64,000 nt of DNA from Tubulanus polymorphus (GCF_964204645.1 NC_134035.1:9580451-9644450); one strand, 5' to 3'; shown: positions 21,906 to 36,900, numbered from the stretch's first letter. Numbers and translations are program-made. The notes: generated from the sequence alone by a model not told the origin.

Positions 21906-24900
21906 GGGGAGTTCATTTTCGCTTATTCGGCATTTGACATTTCGAACATCGAGAATATAGTGTTCCCTCGCTGGATTACAACGCTCTGACGCGATGTCTT
22001 GTGTCGAGTATCGAATTTACGAGACGTCTCCTTTTCAAGACTTTCGCAGAATTCGCCGAGATTTCGACGAATAGTAGAGCAAAGCGTTTGGCGGCATTTA
22101 TACTTGAAAATATATCGTCTCAGCGAGTAGATTTCAGGAAGTGTTTAACATAATACCGAGGAAGGGCTCGGTAAAGAAGAACGCACAGGAAACTATGGAA
22201 CTTTCGATACTTTCTAGGAATGTGACGAGAGAAAATTGAAACCGTTGAACAGCTTTTTGTCGGGGAGATATTTTCCCAAGAACTTATTATTCGGTCAGGT
22301 AAAGATTGTTCGCTATATCAAAGTCGATGCGTATCACTACTAGACTTTCCATACACTGTCCACGAATATTCGTAACTGTGATATTGCGAGGCTAACGACT
22401 TTGGTTCTAGATGAAAAGAATTCCGAAGACGCTTCGAACATTACTTACGATGGGCGAATGTTTTTTGGTACATCGTTTTAGTGGATCGACTATCTGCCAC
22501 GTAGATAGCAGACCCACGTCTAGTAGCACCAGAAACAGAACTATAATCAGTAACTTATAGTCTTTTATAACCTGAAATATATGCAGATGTGTGAATTTGC
22601 GAAAACGTGAAAATCTCAAGCAAAGAAAGACGTTTCGACTATATTGTAAAAATCATCTTCAGGAAAACGTATTCCTGACGATGACTCTTAGGATAAATTG
22701 GAATAAATGATAGCTCAAAGAAACGTTTCGGACTCTATTTTCTTCATTCTTAGTGTGAAATTTACGCTGAATTTTCGAGCATCACTTTTTGAGTGAGTTA
22801 TAGGTGAAAATATCCAGAACTTGGTGGCTGGCAGCTGCGCGGTGGTTACGTACCTTTTTATTCATTTTGATATTGGTGAAAATGGCGTGGACCCGCCACG
22901 TCTTACTAAACATGGCGCCGAACGCGAATGTGAAACCTAATGATAGCACCCATGACCGAGCCTACGAAAAATAAATAGAGTAGAAATCTAAGTTAAGACC
23001 AGTGGTATCGAGGTTAACGATTTTTAAGTTAAGTCGAATGTAGATTTATTTATTTATTTATTTATTTGATAATAAATAAATAAATAAAAGCTAAGACCAG
23101 TGGTATCGAGGTTAACGATTTGTAAGTTAAAAGTCGAATGTAGATCTATTTATTTATTTATTTATTTATTTGATAATAAATAAATAAATAAAAGTTAAGA
23201 CCAGTGGTATCGAGGTTAACGATTTGTAAGTTAAGTCGAATGTAGATGAATGAAGAAGTCCCGCAATTCGAATTTAATACGATAGAATTTATCGAAATTA
23301 AATCATTCCACCTGATTATGGCTGTTAGTCAACCGCCGTAAAGTTGTGGTTTCATTTTAAAACAAATTTCATCGTATATGAAATTCATATTGTGACATTT
23401 CGTTCATCAACGATTTGTGTCGGTGGCGTACTGTATGTATGCACGGTAACGTCGTTACGAATATTCAACATCAAGAGCTTGAAAATATTGCTAGTAGACA
23501 AAATGCCAAGAGACTCGTATGGCTAATAATGATAGGATAATTGGTACAAAGAGGTGATCTAGTCGAATAACTAAATTGTTCGTATTTTAGCATCAGGTCA
23601 ATATTAACGGGAAAAAGCCATTACGTCCTTGGCTCGGAACGATGGCAAATAGTTCGCGCAGCGATCGTTTATAGACGTACGGGGTACCGTCGGAGTTCCA
23701 TCGTCGACGGTAACGATCTGACGGTAACATTTTCCTCTAATGGAACCGAGTAATGAAGCGAAATTCAGCTGAGCAGCTGAATCGCGTCGCAAAATCATTG
23801 AAATATGATGGACACGCGCGACATCAAGGGAGATACGAATGATGAATCGACGCTCGCAGAAATGCCGATGCCGACGATCCATAAGTCGCTGTTACGTCAG
23901 GTAAAAACACTCCTCATTCACGTCAGTTTTTACCACATATACCTTTACCGTACGCAAAATTTCGAAAAGATCAGACCTTAGTTATTCTATGTTTAGAGGT
24001 TAAATCATCCATCGTTTAATACAGTGCCGTGTTCGTGACGTCGTTGTTAAGTTTCCCACGGGGGTAAACTCATGTCATTCATGCTAATGAAATCGACTGG
24101 CTAGACTTTGGATGACCGTCGTAACTGGTGACTTGCCAAACATAACATTTACAAAGATAAGAAGAAAACTAAGTTGAAAATTTATCGATCCTTAAAAAAT
24201 AGTACATATATCGCTTAGTGTTGTCGGCTATAGATGATTCAATATGAATCATATAATAAATTAAGTTATTTTGGATGAATTGAATTGACCGACGACCAGT
24301 CTAGCCCCGATATATAGATGACGTGGTGCATATCCTCTCAAAAGTAATCATTAGAATTCATCAAAAATGAAATAAGAGTTATGAAATATATTCGACACAA
24401 TATTCGATGAGCCATTTTCAACTCATAGATTTTAGTTAAAACGTTAGATCCTCTCTTAGTTTTTTTCATCTCATCCCGTATGGGTATAGGCCTACGCGAC
24501 CTATTTCTATCCGAACATCAGTAAACTTCAAAGTTTGCAATTTTAACAATATTGATGACGTAACCCGTGTAATTCAATCAGACTTTAAAAGTGGAAATAT
24601 ATATTTAAATATGCGCTCATAATATGTGATGGAAATGCACATGTCTGGTACACACATTGTCGAGATACTTTTGAAGCTCTTCAGTAGCATGAAATACGAC
24701 ACGCTAACGAAATAGCGCGCTATCGAGTTTAAGTTTGACGTAGAAGAAACATCTCTCCATTTTGGAAATGGACCTAGATAATATGCTCTTCACGCGACAC
24801 TTGAAAGGAAACAAGGGACCATGATGGGTTTCGCGAGGCGCCATTGGCTTAGTTCCACTAGAAATTTGAATTGTACATGTATCGAATCAGAATATGGTGG

Positions 24901-27900
24901 AAAAAAATACATGCGAGTCGATGTCCCTCCGACGACGAGGTATATCGACGATTTCGGCATTATCGTTCAGGACAAAAATGAATCCTTTAGGATAAACTTT
25001 AGAATTCTGTTTTGATTTTCAAGATGGTGACGTAGACAAGACACATCGCCCTTCGTGGCAGTCAATTACACTTTTCTAATTACAATCACAATACTGTTTA
25101 TTGCTGCACAAAATCATATTTGCACAAATCACAAAAAGCTGGTTTATACATAACGTTTGCATTTATAGAATATATAGTAGAGAAATGCAAACACGGTTTG
25201 AAGAAGGGGTACATCTTAAATACTCCTGAAACATTTTACATATAACTCGGCATGATTTATTTTTAGGCGCACATACAAAAAAACAATATGCAGTTGAAAT
25301 TAATGGAATTTTGACCCTTGCTGTAGAAACGTACGGAAGCGATAAGGGGCCTCGAGATGTCGCGTTCCAACTCGACAAGTCGTCATATTTATGTCGACAT
25401 ACCGCGATATATCGCGTCAAGTCGACATGAATAAGTCGACATATCGTGACGTTTTCACGACAAATTTCGCTTTTTCGCCCATTTTCCACGGGACAAACCG
25501 TCATTTGAAGACATGTCTAAATGTAAGATGAGGACACCAGTAATATGACGACTGAGTTTCAAGTCGTCATGAATATGTCGACTTGTCGCGAGGAAAGTGG
25601 TCGAGAAAGCGAAATTTGTCGTGAAAACGTCACGATATAACGACATATTCATGTCGACTTGACGCGATATATCGCGATATGTCGACATAAATATGGCGAC
25701 TTGACGAGTTGGAAAGCGACAACTCGAGACCCCTTATCGCTTCCGTAGAAACGGAATAGATCACGGAGTAGTTTACACTTAGTATAGTATATCTATTTTT
25801 CATAAGCTATACAAGCCACGTAAAAAGTCGATACATTTTTAAGTGCGCTATATATGGTTATGGGGGACACAGTGCTAACCAGCTGGCAGTACTAGAAAGG
25901 CACTGGACCCTGTGCATAGGTCTTAGAATCTGATAGCTATATAAATCTATAATTTACGCGTATTCACTGCATTTTAAATGTAATATCGGAGCATTGTGAT
26001 AACGCGTTAACGGTAAGAGATTTTGATGGCGATTCTGTATGGGCACTTACCGCGCAGAGAAATGGAAAGGCGACTGGTTCCACTAAGTTATCCGCACCTA
26101 GAAGCAGGACGCTCGTATAACACAGTATACTGCCGATAATGATGAGGTTATTCATCTTAGGACTAGACATTTTTATGTATCTGAAAAAAATATGGAACGA
26201 TGTTGAATAATTGATATTCTATTGCATTCTATCGCCTACAAGGCCAGGCATTGTGCAGCTGATGGGATTTGTTTTAATGACGGGCAAGTGCTGGCTGTAA
26301 TCCCGATAGCGCCCTGCGGGGTTTAGAAAAATATTATCATTATATTTGTTCAGAATTTTCATTGAAATGAGAAAAAAAATCGTTCGAACAAATACTACAT
26401 GTTTGCATCAGAGACACTGTCGGAATCGATTCAGAACCTCGTTGCACGACGGTGATAATCTGTAATTCTAAAAATTGGATATTTCGATTCGTAAAAACCT
26501 TAAACAGTTGATAAAACGAATCAGATCATGAATCAATTGCAGATCACAATATCCGTGATAAAACGATACGAGTAAAATCCCCCAATAAATGAAGTAAATG
26601 ATAAAATGTTTATTTAAAACATATGAGAAATATTTCTTACTACCACCCTTCTTCAGTCTAAAAATAGACTGAAGAAGGGTGGCCTTCTTCAGTCTAGAAA
26701 TAGACTGAAGAAGGGTGGTAGTAACCACCCGAAATCAAGGATCGAACCGGGTATCGTGCGTAGAAAGCGTGCAAACCATGCAGTAGACCAGTAGAACTAG
26801 TCCCACGTGACCTGTGGTTATCTAGCTTGTCCTATATACGTAACAACCTTGCTTGTACCGTATTATCATTAAACGTTTATATATAAATACACTTTCAACA
26901 TTTTTCTATCTTTCTTAGATTCCATAGCTTACCTATGTTTTCTATAGATTACATTGATAATCATCAGAGTTGCCGACGCGACTATTCCTATAGTTGCTAT
27001 AATAGCTAAGCACACATAGATGGGGAGGTAGATCTGTTGTAGTACAACGACGGCGTCGAGTCGATCCGGTGGCGGTCCTTTGCCTTTTAGAAATTTGAAG
27101 AAAAAATATATGAAGAAGTATATCTCGAGTGTTTGTCTTTTACCGTTTGATCTTTGCAATAAAACCCGTTTAGCCTATTCCTCGTTTGCGTAAATGCTAA
27201 ATATGAAAACTGAAATGTTGATCTTCGTTTGAAATTTCGAAGTGTTTTTTTGCGTATTCTCTTCTGTGTTAAAATCGACGTCAGGGAGAAATCGGTAAAA
27301 ATGTTGAGATCGACTTAAGCTCAGAACGAAAAGCAGAAAGCTTACCTCCCACCCATCGTACCGTTGACTGGTTCATCGAAAGCGAATTGTTGATCGCGTA
27401 AAACTCACCGATTTGCACCAGTCGACCGTCTGAAAAGAAATATTTATTTCTCTCTATTCAAAAACTAACATTCTTATAAACACCAACATGGGGGACATAT
27501 GGGGTGGTCTGGGGGTCGGGACCCCTGCCTTCCCATTGAAGTTGCATTTTTCGTCAAGACAAAGATCGTATAAAACCTGTAAATTTCACACTCATCCTTA
27601 CGGAAATTGTATATTTTCCGATATATATTTTTTTAGACAATATCTAATCACCTGAGGCTTTATATAGAAGGTTAAAAAGCTTAGCACCTTTGCTATATTA
27701 CTGTAATACAAGTAATGTGAGTAATCAAGGCCTACGGTAATATCACAAAAGTGCTAAGCTTTTCCCCATATAATGAGCCCTATAAAATCTAATAACGAGG
27801 GTGGGGCCCACTAGTAGCCTATGATATTGCTGCTTCATCCGAGAAATGCCTTTTATTTTCTTCTGGCCTTCCAAATTTTCTAGATCCGCCCCGCTAATAT

Positions 27901-30900
27901 ATGAGTTATGAAGGTTCTATCTGATATCTAATGGAAATGTAATAATTTACCGGAGAAATCGTAAATACATTCGTGTATATTTCACAACATGCCGTGACTG
28001 GGGACGATAATTATTAAGCGCACTATTCCAGTTCGTATTCGACTTTTCGCGTCGTGAAGGTATCGCAAAATAATTCGCGTGCAACTTGACCTCGCCTCGG
28101 CTGTCGTTACTGTAGGCTATAGAGAAGATAGTTGCCTCGCAGAGTCAACCGATATATCGACACGAAACAAACACGTATCTACTTTTTCCAATACGTTTAA
28201 CTTACACCGCAGAACAGTTTGCGTTGTGTTTGTGTTCTCAGCTTCTGGCAGAATAAATACCTAGATGTATCAACAGTTAATTGGTGTCTTGTAGCCACTG
28301 GTGCGCGTTGAGTAGTTATTTGTAATACGGCTAACACGAAAATACTGTTATTTACCTTGATACTGAAGTACAGCGATTTCCCCTACGCGCTCGCCATTAG
28401 AAAACTGAACTTGCCCCTGAAATGACGATATGTAACCAACTTTCAAAAATTGAAAATTGAAAATTAGAAAAAAATCATCTTTCTTAAAATATTTACATAT
28501 TCACAGAAACTATATTCATTCGAATAGGAAATCCACATTAAGACACGTGTTTCCTGCCGACCTATTGGCGCATGTAAAGTCCAACGCACGCGGCAAAATT
28601 GCTTTGCCGAAACAGAAACACGTTTTTCAGAAAACTTTTTTTTGCTCGTGAAAAACGTTTTTCAGTTCGGCGTTTTTTGTTTTGCCTCCCCCGCACACGG
28701 CATGACAAAAAAACATCAAAAACGTTTTTTCGGTGCCGCGTGCTTTGGGCTTAATGGGTCGTTGACATACATTTTTTCTTTAAATCTGTTTTCTGTAATT
28801 TCAAATGGGATACCGGCAAACACCAGATGGCGTAACAATACATTCAGTTGTACGTAGTGAAAATTGATTCATTTTCTATGAACCTCGAACTGGACTTTTC
28901 GACTCCCAAATGGACATATTGTCAAACAAGTCATCACACAGATATAAGATTGGCGTTACCAATAAGTGTATGGTATAGGTTCACTGGAAATTGATTTACT
29001 AATGAGAAAAGTTGGTTCGAATTTAATTGAAATGTAGAAGAAATTGAAGCGCGGTAACCGAGTAACCACTAGCGACCCTGACGGATCCTCGCCTGCCATA
29101 CGTGGAATCCTCGATTGCCGCAGTAGCGATACCGGTACCCCATTATGATCTCTGTGAAATAAACTTGAAACTTGAAATGTGAATGTACAGTATATCTCAC
29201 CGTAACTCCGCGGAAGTCGGTATCGTTCAAGGCCGTGTGGATGGCCTCACTCCTCACGTCATCGACGGTGATTGGTTGGCCGTGTTTCGCGCGTACGATG
29301 TTATCCAGCGCTTTGGCAATCACCCAGATTCCGTCGTACGCATAACCGTGAAACCGACTGTATTCCCGCTTACGTAACTTGTCATACTCCGACAGATATT
29401 GCGCCGACGTCTGGAAAGGGGAAACGTAATCTTTTGTTCGTCTGGTATGTGGGGATAATAATGTGTACGGCGTTCTTGTCAAAAATGGCATAAAATGATA
29501 ATGAATTTTGGGGTAATCATGTGCAACTCACGTCGTAAATCGTACGAAAAAAATAGTTGCAGAAACGTGACACTTACAACATAGCCCTGATACATAAATA
29601 TCATTGTTCATTTATTTCTTGGTAGGGGGTCCCCTGACCCCTTCTGTTCCAACCAGGGTTGACTTGCAAGTTAAAAGCGAATCCACCCACATATTCGTCA
29701 CGTATCCAGTTTCTAGAAATGCGTCTGAGAAGATTTTTCTGCGACGTCTTATTTTTTCATATTCTCACTGTCAGTATAAATACTTAATGAGATTCTCTTA
29801 ACAGGATAATACGCCACTCTTCTTTCACTCTTCTTCGTCATTCGAGTCGGAAGTGAAACGAATTAAGTAAATGGATATTTATGGGAACGCGCGCGCTCGG
29901 CGGCCTTGACCTTTCCGAAGTATTACATCTTGAAATGAATGAAATCGATTTCGTATTCGACAGCGCACGAACGAGTGTGCTCGAAAACTGTACACGGAAA
30001 GATGGAATTCGACTCGATGACAATTCAATTTGAGTCAAGATGATGTATCGTTTAGACTATTGAAAAGCTTATTAGAAAAATTACGTGGAATTCGTTCGTT
30101 AGCGTCGAAGTACATAAAACGTGTGTAAATCCTATCATGAATGTATACGGATTAGTAAAGAAAAATGCAATGGCTATTGAACTGCGACTCTTAATGACGA
30201 GTCGAAATGGTGCAGTTTAGAATGTTGACTAGCTTGATAGAAAAATTGATCTTAATTTACGTAAAACTCATTGGAATCGAAGTAACTATGCGGTTCATGA
30301 TGAATACAGATTAGTAAACCAAATACAATGTCGCGATAGGTCGTTAAAACCGTCACCCTTTACGATGAAGATTCAATGTGATTTAAGATTATTTATCGTT
30401 TATAGACTTATGAATAGCTTTTCAAAACTTTTAGTGTAATCATTGGAACCTCGAAAATCATTATAATTATGATTGTCAAGACAAGGCATTTTAACAGATA
30501 AATCTCACGAATGCAAGAATATGTATATACAGCCATTTATGAAAAAAATTTAGAATGGCAAAAGATAGATACGTTCTGAATAATGAGGAAGAAACAATTT
30601 GGACTAAATCATAGCTTAAAATGATAGTCTTGATTCGTAAGTTATTGAGTGAGAGTTTTGAGGGGTCGTTGGTAAACGAGATAATTTGAGTAGAATATAG
30701 CGTCGAGTATTCATTTCGTTTTTTAACTCTATATTCATTGAGATATGGATTGCACTCGCTTTTTCAAGTTGAAAAACTCCTACCATTTTGGCGACCGTTT
30801 TCTCGTTTGACGAACTCAAACTGATGATATCCGTGGCCAGAGAGCCATCAATAGTCTGTTTTATCTGATTCGGATGGCAGTTTATCGAAGCGTCCGGTTC

Positions 30901-33900
30901 CATCCACCAGTTATTCTGCCAGAAGCCCAACACTATCCACACGTGTTTCTCGCCGTATAAACCCATGTGATATGCCTGAAAATTCACAGTTCCAAATTAA
31001 CGATTTCAGAAAACGATACTTTCATCGTGATAAATGCGTCAAAGAAGTGTAGGTCATTCAGTCTCAAATTGTTCATTTTGGTCTCATAACGCGTTTCTGC
31101 TTTACATGAATCAACTTTTCTGGTAAATACAACGTATCAGTCGTGAGGAGCTTATGTTCCTTCCGTACTTATACTTACAAGGTATAGTCATTCATTCACC
31201 TGATGCAACTACTATACACTGAGAGCAAAAGCTTGTGCATCACATCATGGAACTAGATTATAGGCCTACGGTCAAATAGGTTAGTTAACCTTTAAAGTAC
31301 TACTCATCTCGTTGATTTTATTTTACACCCGGTAAATGCTTTTTTTACGAGTATGGGAAATGTTACGGGTGTCACTGACATACTGATAAACCAAAAAAGG
31401 TCCCATAAGTCGACAACCGAATACGCACTAGTTTTATACCACGAGAAAAAAAGCTTTATTACGGCGGTCGATTGAAATTCAAAGCTCGACGTCGAACATG
31501 AAAAGCTTAAAAAACCTCTGAAACGCTGGCGGCTGAATCAAAAAGCTCGGCATTGACGTGATACCACGAAAGATCTTACGTTCTAATCAACTACCGCGTA
31601 AATTACTATTCGTAAGACGCTTGTGTTGTTGATTTAGCAAGGGACACGGTTGGCTCCCTTGCCGTATTGATATTTGGCGGATAACTCCGAAATTTTCAAA
31701 GACCTAAAAGAACAAAACTCTTAATAACGTAGGTTTTCGTCGCGCGATTGTTTTCTATACGTAACCGAGGTCGATCGCGAGCGCGGCTAATGCGGCAACT
31801 TTATTCGGCTATCCCTTTAATATCCGCGGTGGCGAGAATGCATCCATTTCCCGTCGACATTTTAGCTGCGGCTCCCCGCTCTCGCTCGGCAGCTATTACA
31901 AGTTGAAAAACAGCCGTCAAAGCCCATAAACATCAGTCAACTAAGATTTAACCAAGATACTTCGACCTTTTCTCGGGTACGCGCTGGCGACGACGACGGT
32001 TTCTTCGAGATGATGCAAAATCGATGACACGAAAGAACGAACACGAAAAATCAGGTTACCGGGCGATATTTGATCTTAAGCGAACATGCGGTAATTGGAC
32101 GGAGCGTATGGGGGGAAAATAGAGTCCGTTTCCCGGAGTCGCAGACACTATTCATTAGGTTTAAACAATGCCATCGGTTTTCCATCGCCGGAATCGAGTT
32201 TTTTGCAGCGTGAATACGGCGACGTAGGCATATCGATTTACCACGGGTTATGTTTCTATTCTTTGATACTGATCATTTTTATATCGATGGCGGTTTTCGA
32301 CCGTTGGAGATATGCGCCATCGTTCACAAAGCCAAACACTCGAGCAGGATCAGGGGATATTTCATAAAACGTCAGTTTCGCTATAGTCGTGGTATAACGC
32401 GTTACTTAAAGCATGTAAAGGCGTTTTAAGAACATGCGTTGGGCCCAGTTTCAGACGAGCTTCTTTATTTTAGAGTTTCATTTTAATATCGTTTTACCAT
32501 GAATACTAATGAAAGCCCAGAGTCTATACATAGACCTAAGAGCAAACAAATAAAAACCAACAGTAGATTTGTAGAAAAAGTTTATCTAAAGTTTGTTCCT
32601 CTGAAGATGACGTTTAGAATTAACCTCGCAGCTGTTAGAAAATAAACTTTTTCTACAAATCTACTGTGGGTTTTTATTTGTCAACTATACTGAGATTTAG
32701 ATCAGTTCACTACGGTCACCTTAAGAGCTATTACCTTACCTGACAGAAAACCCGCCTGGCCATGATTTCACTGAAACTACCCAGTATAATCCTGATATCG
32801 TTATCCTGCAAGTAGAAACAACGATCTTCTTTGAACAGAAAACAAAAGACGGTGAAATTCATATCAGTTTTTGATGTGGAAGCGGCTCGCTTGAACATAG
32901 AAGTGCACGGGTATTATGTAAACCAAGCACGTATCCGCTATGTACTTCTATTAATGCTAAGCACATTTAACAGTGGCAATGACACACTTCAAATAAGATT
33001 GGGCAGCTACGAGGAGGCTCCAGAGAGAATGGTATTGGTATAAGATATATTCACACTTTCGCAGTAAAACTCATATAGCTAGAAATTTCTAGATAACGGA
33101 CACCGGTGCGAATACGGCTTGGTATTTAAAAGACGATCGATGGATCGGAATAGATATCATATGATTACGGGCGGCATAAACTCAGTTAAACTCAGCCCCC
33201 GAGGTTTGAAAAAAATCGTCGGAAACCATCATCAGATCGAATTGAACAATTTGTATGGAGACGGCTGTCAAAACTGTATTCGACAAGCTCAAATATTAAC
33301 TCTAACAGTCGCGTTCTTCGTTCGTTCGATGGTTTTTGCGACATTCTAAGTCAGAATTACGTACGCCTCAGGGCTCGTTTGCTTATACGGAACATGCAAT
33401 ATATTTTAATCGAATCTTAGACTGAAAATAAGCCAGCACTCGCTGTACATGGCATGGATATCATTTGATGTCATCATGATGTAGCAATGAGGATCAAAAT
33501 GCCAGGCGAAATACAGTATGCCACTTGTCAAGTACCATTCCGGATTTCCAGGTGTAACATTTTATGATTTTGTATCGCATTCGCCAGAAATAGACTGATT
33601 TGCATATGAACTTTCGCTTCGTAAGCCATACGTGCGTGCGTACATGGAGTACAAGAAATGACCGAGTAGCCAGCTCGCCGGGCGCGTACGGCTTAACTGC
33701 GTTAATGCGCACTTTCGGAACTTACCTTAAAAACCTTCAGAGCACTCGACGGATCGTCCGAGAAACTCTTAATGGTCACATTGAATCCCTGATCAAACAA
33801 CATCTTCGTCAACGCGTTATTTGTCTAGTGAAAAAAGAAACAGAGAGAAAGAGAGAAGGACATTAAGCTTAGCCACTTTAACGTCGTTCTCTGCAGGCCT

Positions 33901-36900
33901 AATAGCCGGCGACATTTTACTGAGAAATGTTCAAAGCACCCATTAACACAACACCACTCAAAATTGAGGAAATTCATTTTTATTTTCAGCGTTGAATGCG
34001 ATAATCCTTTCTGCAGACAGTCGACATGACGACTAGACTCGACTCGAGTTGTCACGGGGTATAGAACGTATGGACGTATACACCCGCACACTATCACAGC
34101 TTTTTTGAATCCGGGCGAACGTACGCCTGCGAGCAACCTTCAGAGCGGTCGGAGGTTGATGATCTAACCTTGATCGAGCCGATGTTTGGGGAGTGGGGAT
34201 AGCAGCCCATATAGTATTCATTGAATGTACATTTACAGTGTATTTGTTTCTCCATACAAGTCTTTACATGATACATCAAAAACACCTACGATACCGTCAA
34301 GCGTATAACTCGAAGATATGCCTCGCGAGTGCCTGGAAGACGCCTCCGCTTTCACCCGCTTTATATTATGATTCGGCTCTTTTTACGCGCGGCTTGTTCG
34401 GTCTTAGTTACGGAATACGACACCGGGCCCACGCGAATTAGAAGAAAAAAGAATACTTCTTAATACGTACGTAAGCGAATCTGGAAGCACCTTTGGAAGC
34501 GTCTTGGTAAAGCGTGGCTACTTTTCTCCACTTGAATCGTTTCAGAATGGCGATACGAGCCGGGTTGAAGTCGTTGTCGCTCGGAACGGACCGAAATAGA
34601 TTCGGGTATTTCTTGCGGTCGGAAAGCTCTGGGTTCATGTCGGCGAATGATAGCTGTAATAGTGATCATATAATGAATCAATATAAGGCTAACCATTTTT
34701 GAAACACTAAGCCCGTTGTGTGACGATATATAGAGAATCGCACACTGATATAACGATAAAAAATGAGTAAGTCCGAAAAGTTTCCTTCAGGCTAATAATT
34801 CATTCGCCGATTTTAACTAGTTTGTAGCTATTCTTATCTTGTAATATCCCTAGCTTGTTTCACTCTTAATCACTGAATTTGTCTCTGGTTCTTGTATACA
34901 TCTTATATTTGTGTTAACTCAGTTTTCCTAAGGATGACTATTATAGGTCATAGTCGAAATGTTGAATCAATAGATTATTAGCTGAATGGAAACTAATCGG
35001 TCTTCAACTTTCTCGTTATACCAATTTCAATTGGATTCTCTATAATATAATGCTATTGCTTATATCGTTGATTAACTATACCTGAAGAAATTTCCTAAGG
35101 AGAGGCAACAAGCTGTGTTATTAGTGTGAAGGTTTTGACGTTTATCATAAAAGAACCCACAATAGCTATTATCGTTTTACTGACGAATTATGATTCAATA
35201 TTAAATCGCTTTTTGGGTTCTTTTATGACGGGCAACAAACGATCTGTTCGCCCGGGAAAATCGAGCAAGTTTCATTATACGAACGAAAAACCTCACAATA
35301 ATGTCCACAAAAACGTTCCTCGAAAATGCATCTACGTTGAAAAATTAGTTTCAAAGATCTGAAATTTCAAACGCTAAAACTCATTTAATGAGGCACCGTT
35401 AAGATCAAATACCCTATTTCAATGGTATCCCGTCACAGTGATCTTTTCTAACATTTCTAATCACTGCCTAAACAGACATTTGAATATGTTTCTCGATTTC
35501 TCCCGCGATATCTCTACTGATGAAAACATTGAGAGACGCCCGTGTTGACAGCAAGTACACAGACGATACTCTAACTACAAGGCAAACAAAACTCATCGGC
35601 TCAAAAAACCCTACTTCATATTAGTATTTGCAGATCCGATGTATCTTTGATGGCGAAGTTGTCGCCAGGTTTGTATCGGTCTTTGCGCGCACATTTTTAC
35701 AAGTCGAGAAATCAACTATACACAGAGTGTTTACGATGCCGGAATATTGATCAGGTGACTGTGTACAACATGAGCGCACGAACTCGGGAAAAGTAAAACG
35801 TAGCCTAGACGGCGGGTACACAGACTAATCTTATTACCTGGATCACAGCACATTTGCTTTCAATATTTGATTGTGGTGCTTTGATTTACCTTTCAGTCGG
35901 TAAGTGCCTTTCGGGCCTTTTAACGAACCGACATTGCCTGAAAATTTATCTAATTAGACCGTTGTTAAGTTTCAGCTACTTTCGGAGCGTAGAAACATTT
36001 TTCTAGCGCTCAACTCTAGCATTTTAATATTTTCCCGAGAGGGGAAGGTCGCTATATCTGCGAACGGGTGAATTTCGACGGAGTCAATTTTAATGATGGA
36101 GAGAGAGGAAATAATTATTAAACATTTCTATTATTGCAGCCACTGCTAAAACCATTCTTTTCACCGCTGTTGTTCATTGTTAATTGTTTAATATCGATCG
36201 TACGAATCAGTCATCAATGGGGTACTGGCACACACCAGGTGGCGCAACAAATATTGTCAAACAAGTCATCGCATGGATATAAGATTGGTGTCCCCGATAA
36301 ATGTATGGTATAGTTTTACTGGCAAAAGATTTGCCGATCAGAAAAGTTGATTCGAATTTAATTGGAATGTAGAAGAACTCGAAGCGCGGTAACCGAGTAA
36401 CCACTAGCGAACCTAGCGGATCTTCTCCTGCCATAAATTGAATCCTCGATTGCCACAGTAGTGGTGCCGGTACTCCATTAAAAAAGGGTTCGGGGAAGTG
36501 TTTTTGCATGGGAACTGCAAGCGACCGAATGCAGTGGTGCACAGTCGAAATAGCGGGGACCCGTCTCATAGCCATGGCGTATGAGACTAGTCTAAGACTA
36601 CCTTCGCTTTCTAGCCAGCCTAAAAACTAGAGATCAGTCTAAATTAAGACTAATGATAACCTTTACACTTGAGTCTCGACTATGAAACCAGGGGGCTGCT
36701 TGCGTTTTCTAGAGGGAAGTTGCGGGGCAGTACAGTAGAAACGCCACGAGGCAATAGAGTAGAAATACTAAGCAAAAACCCAATGTTTTTCTAGGGGAAA
36801 CTTGTGATCGAATGCGGCACGTTTGCCCGGGAATCACGACACCTCCTCGTTATTCTCGCACGCCGTCGCAGCCATCGCTGCCGTCATTAGGGAAATGTTC

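Noticed and set aside
22990-23247. CRISPR-like repeat-spacer array
   Set aside because: The spacers are near-identical microsatellites, the array lies in a eukaryotic intron, and there are no cas genes.
25163-25688. ORFs within the 416-bp element as a transposase
   Set aside because: Short, with no DDE or other domain; they arise from the inverted repeats.
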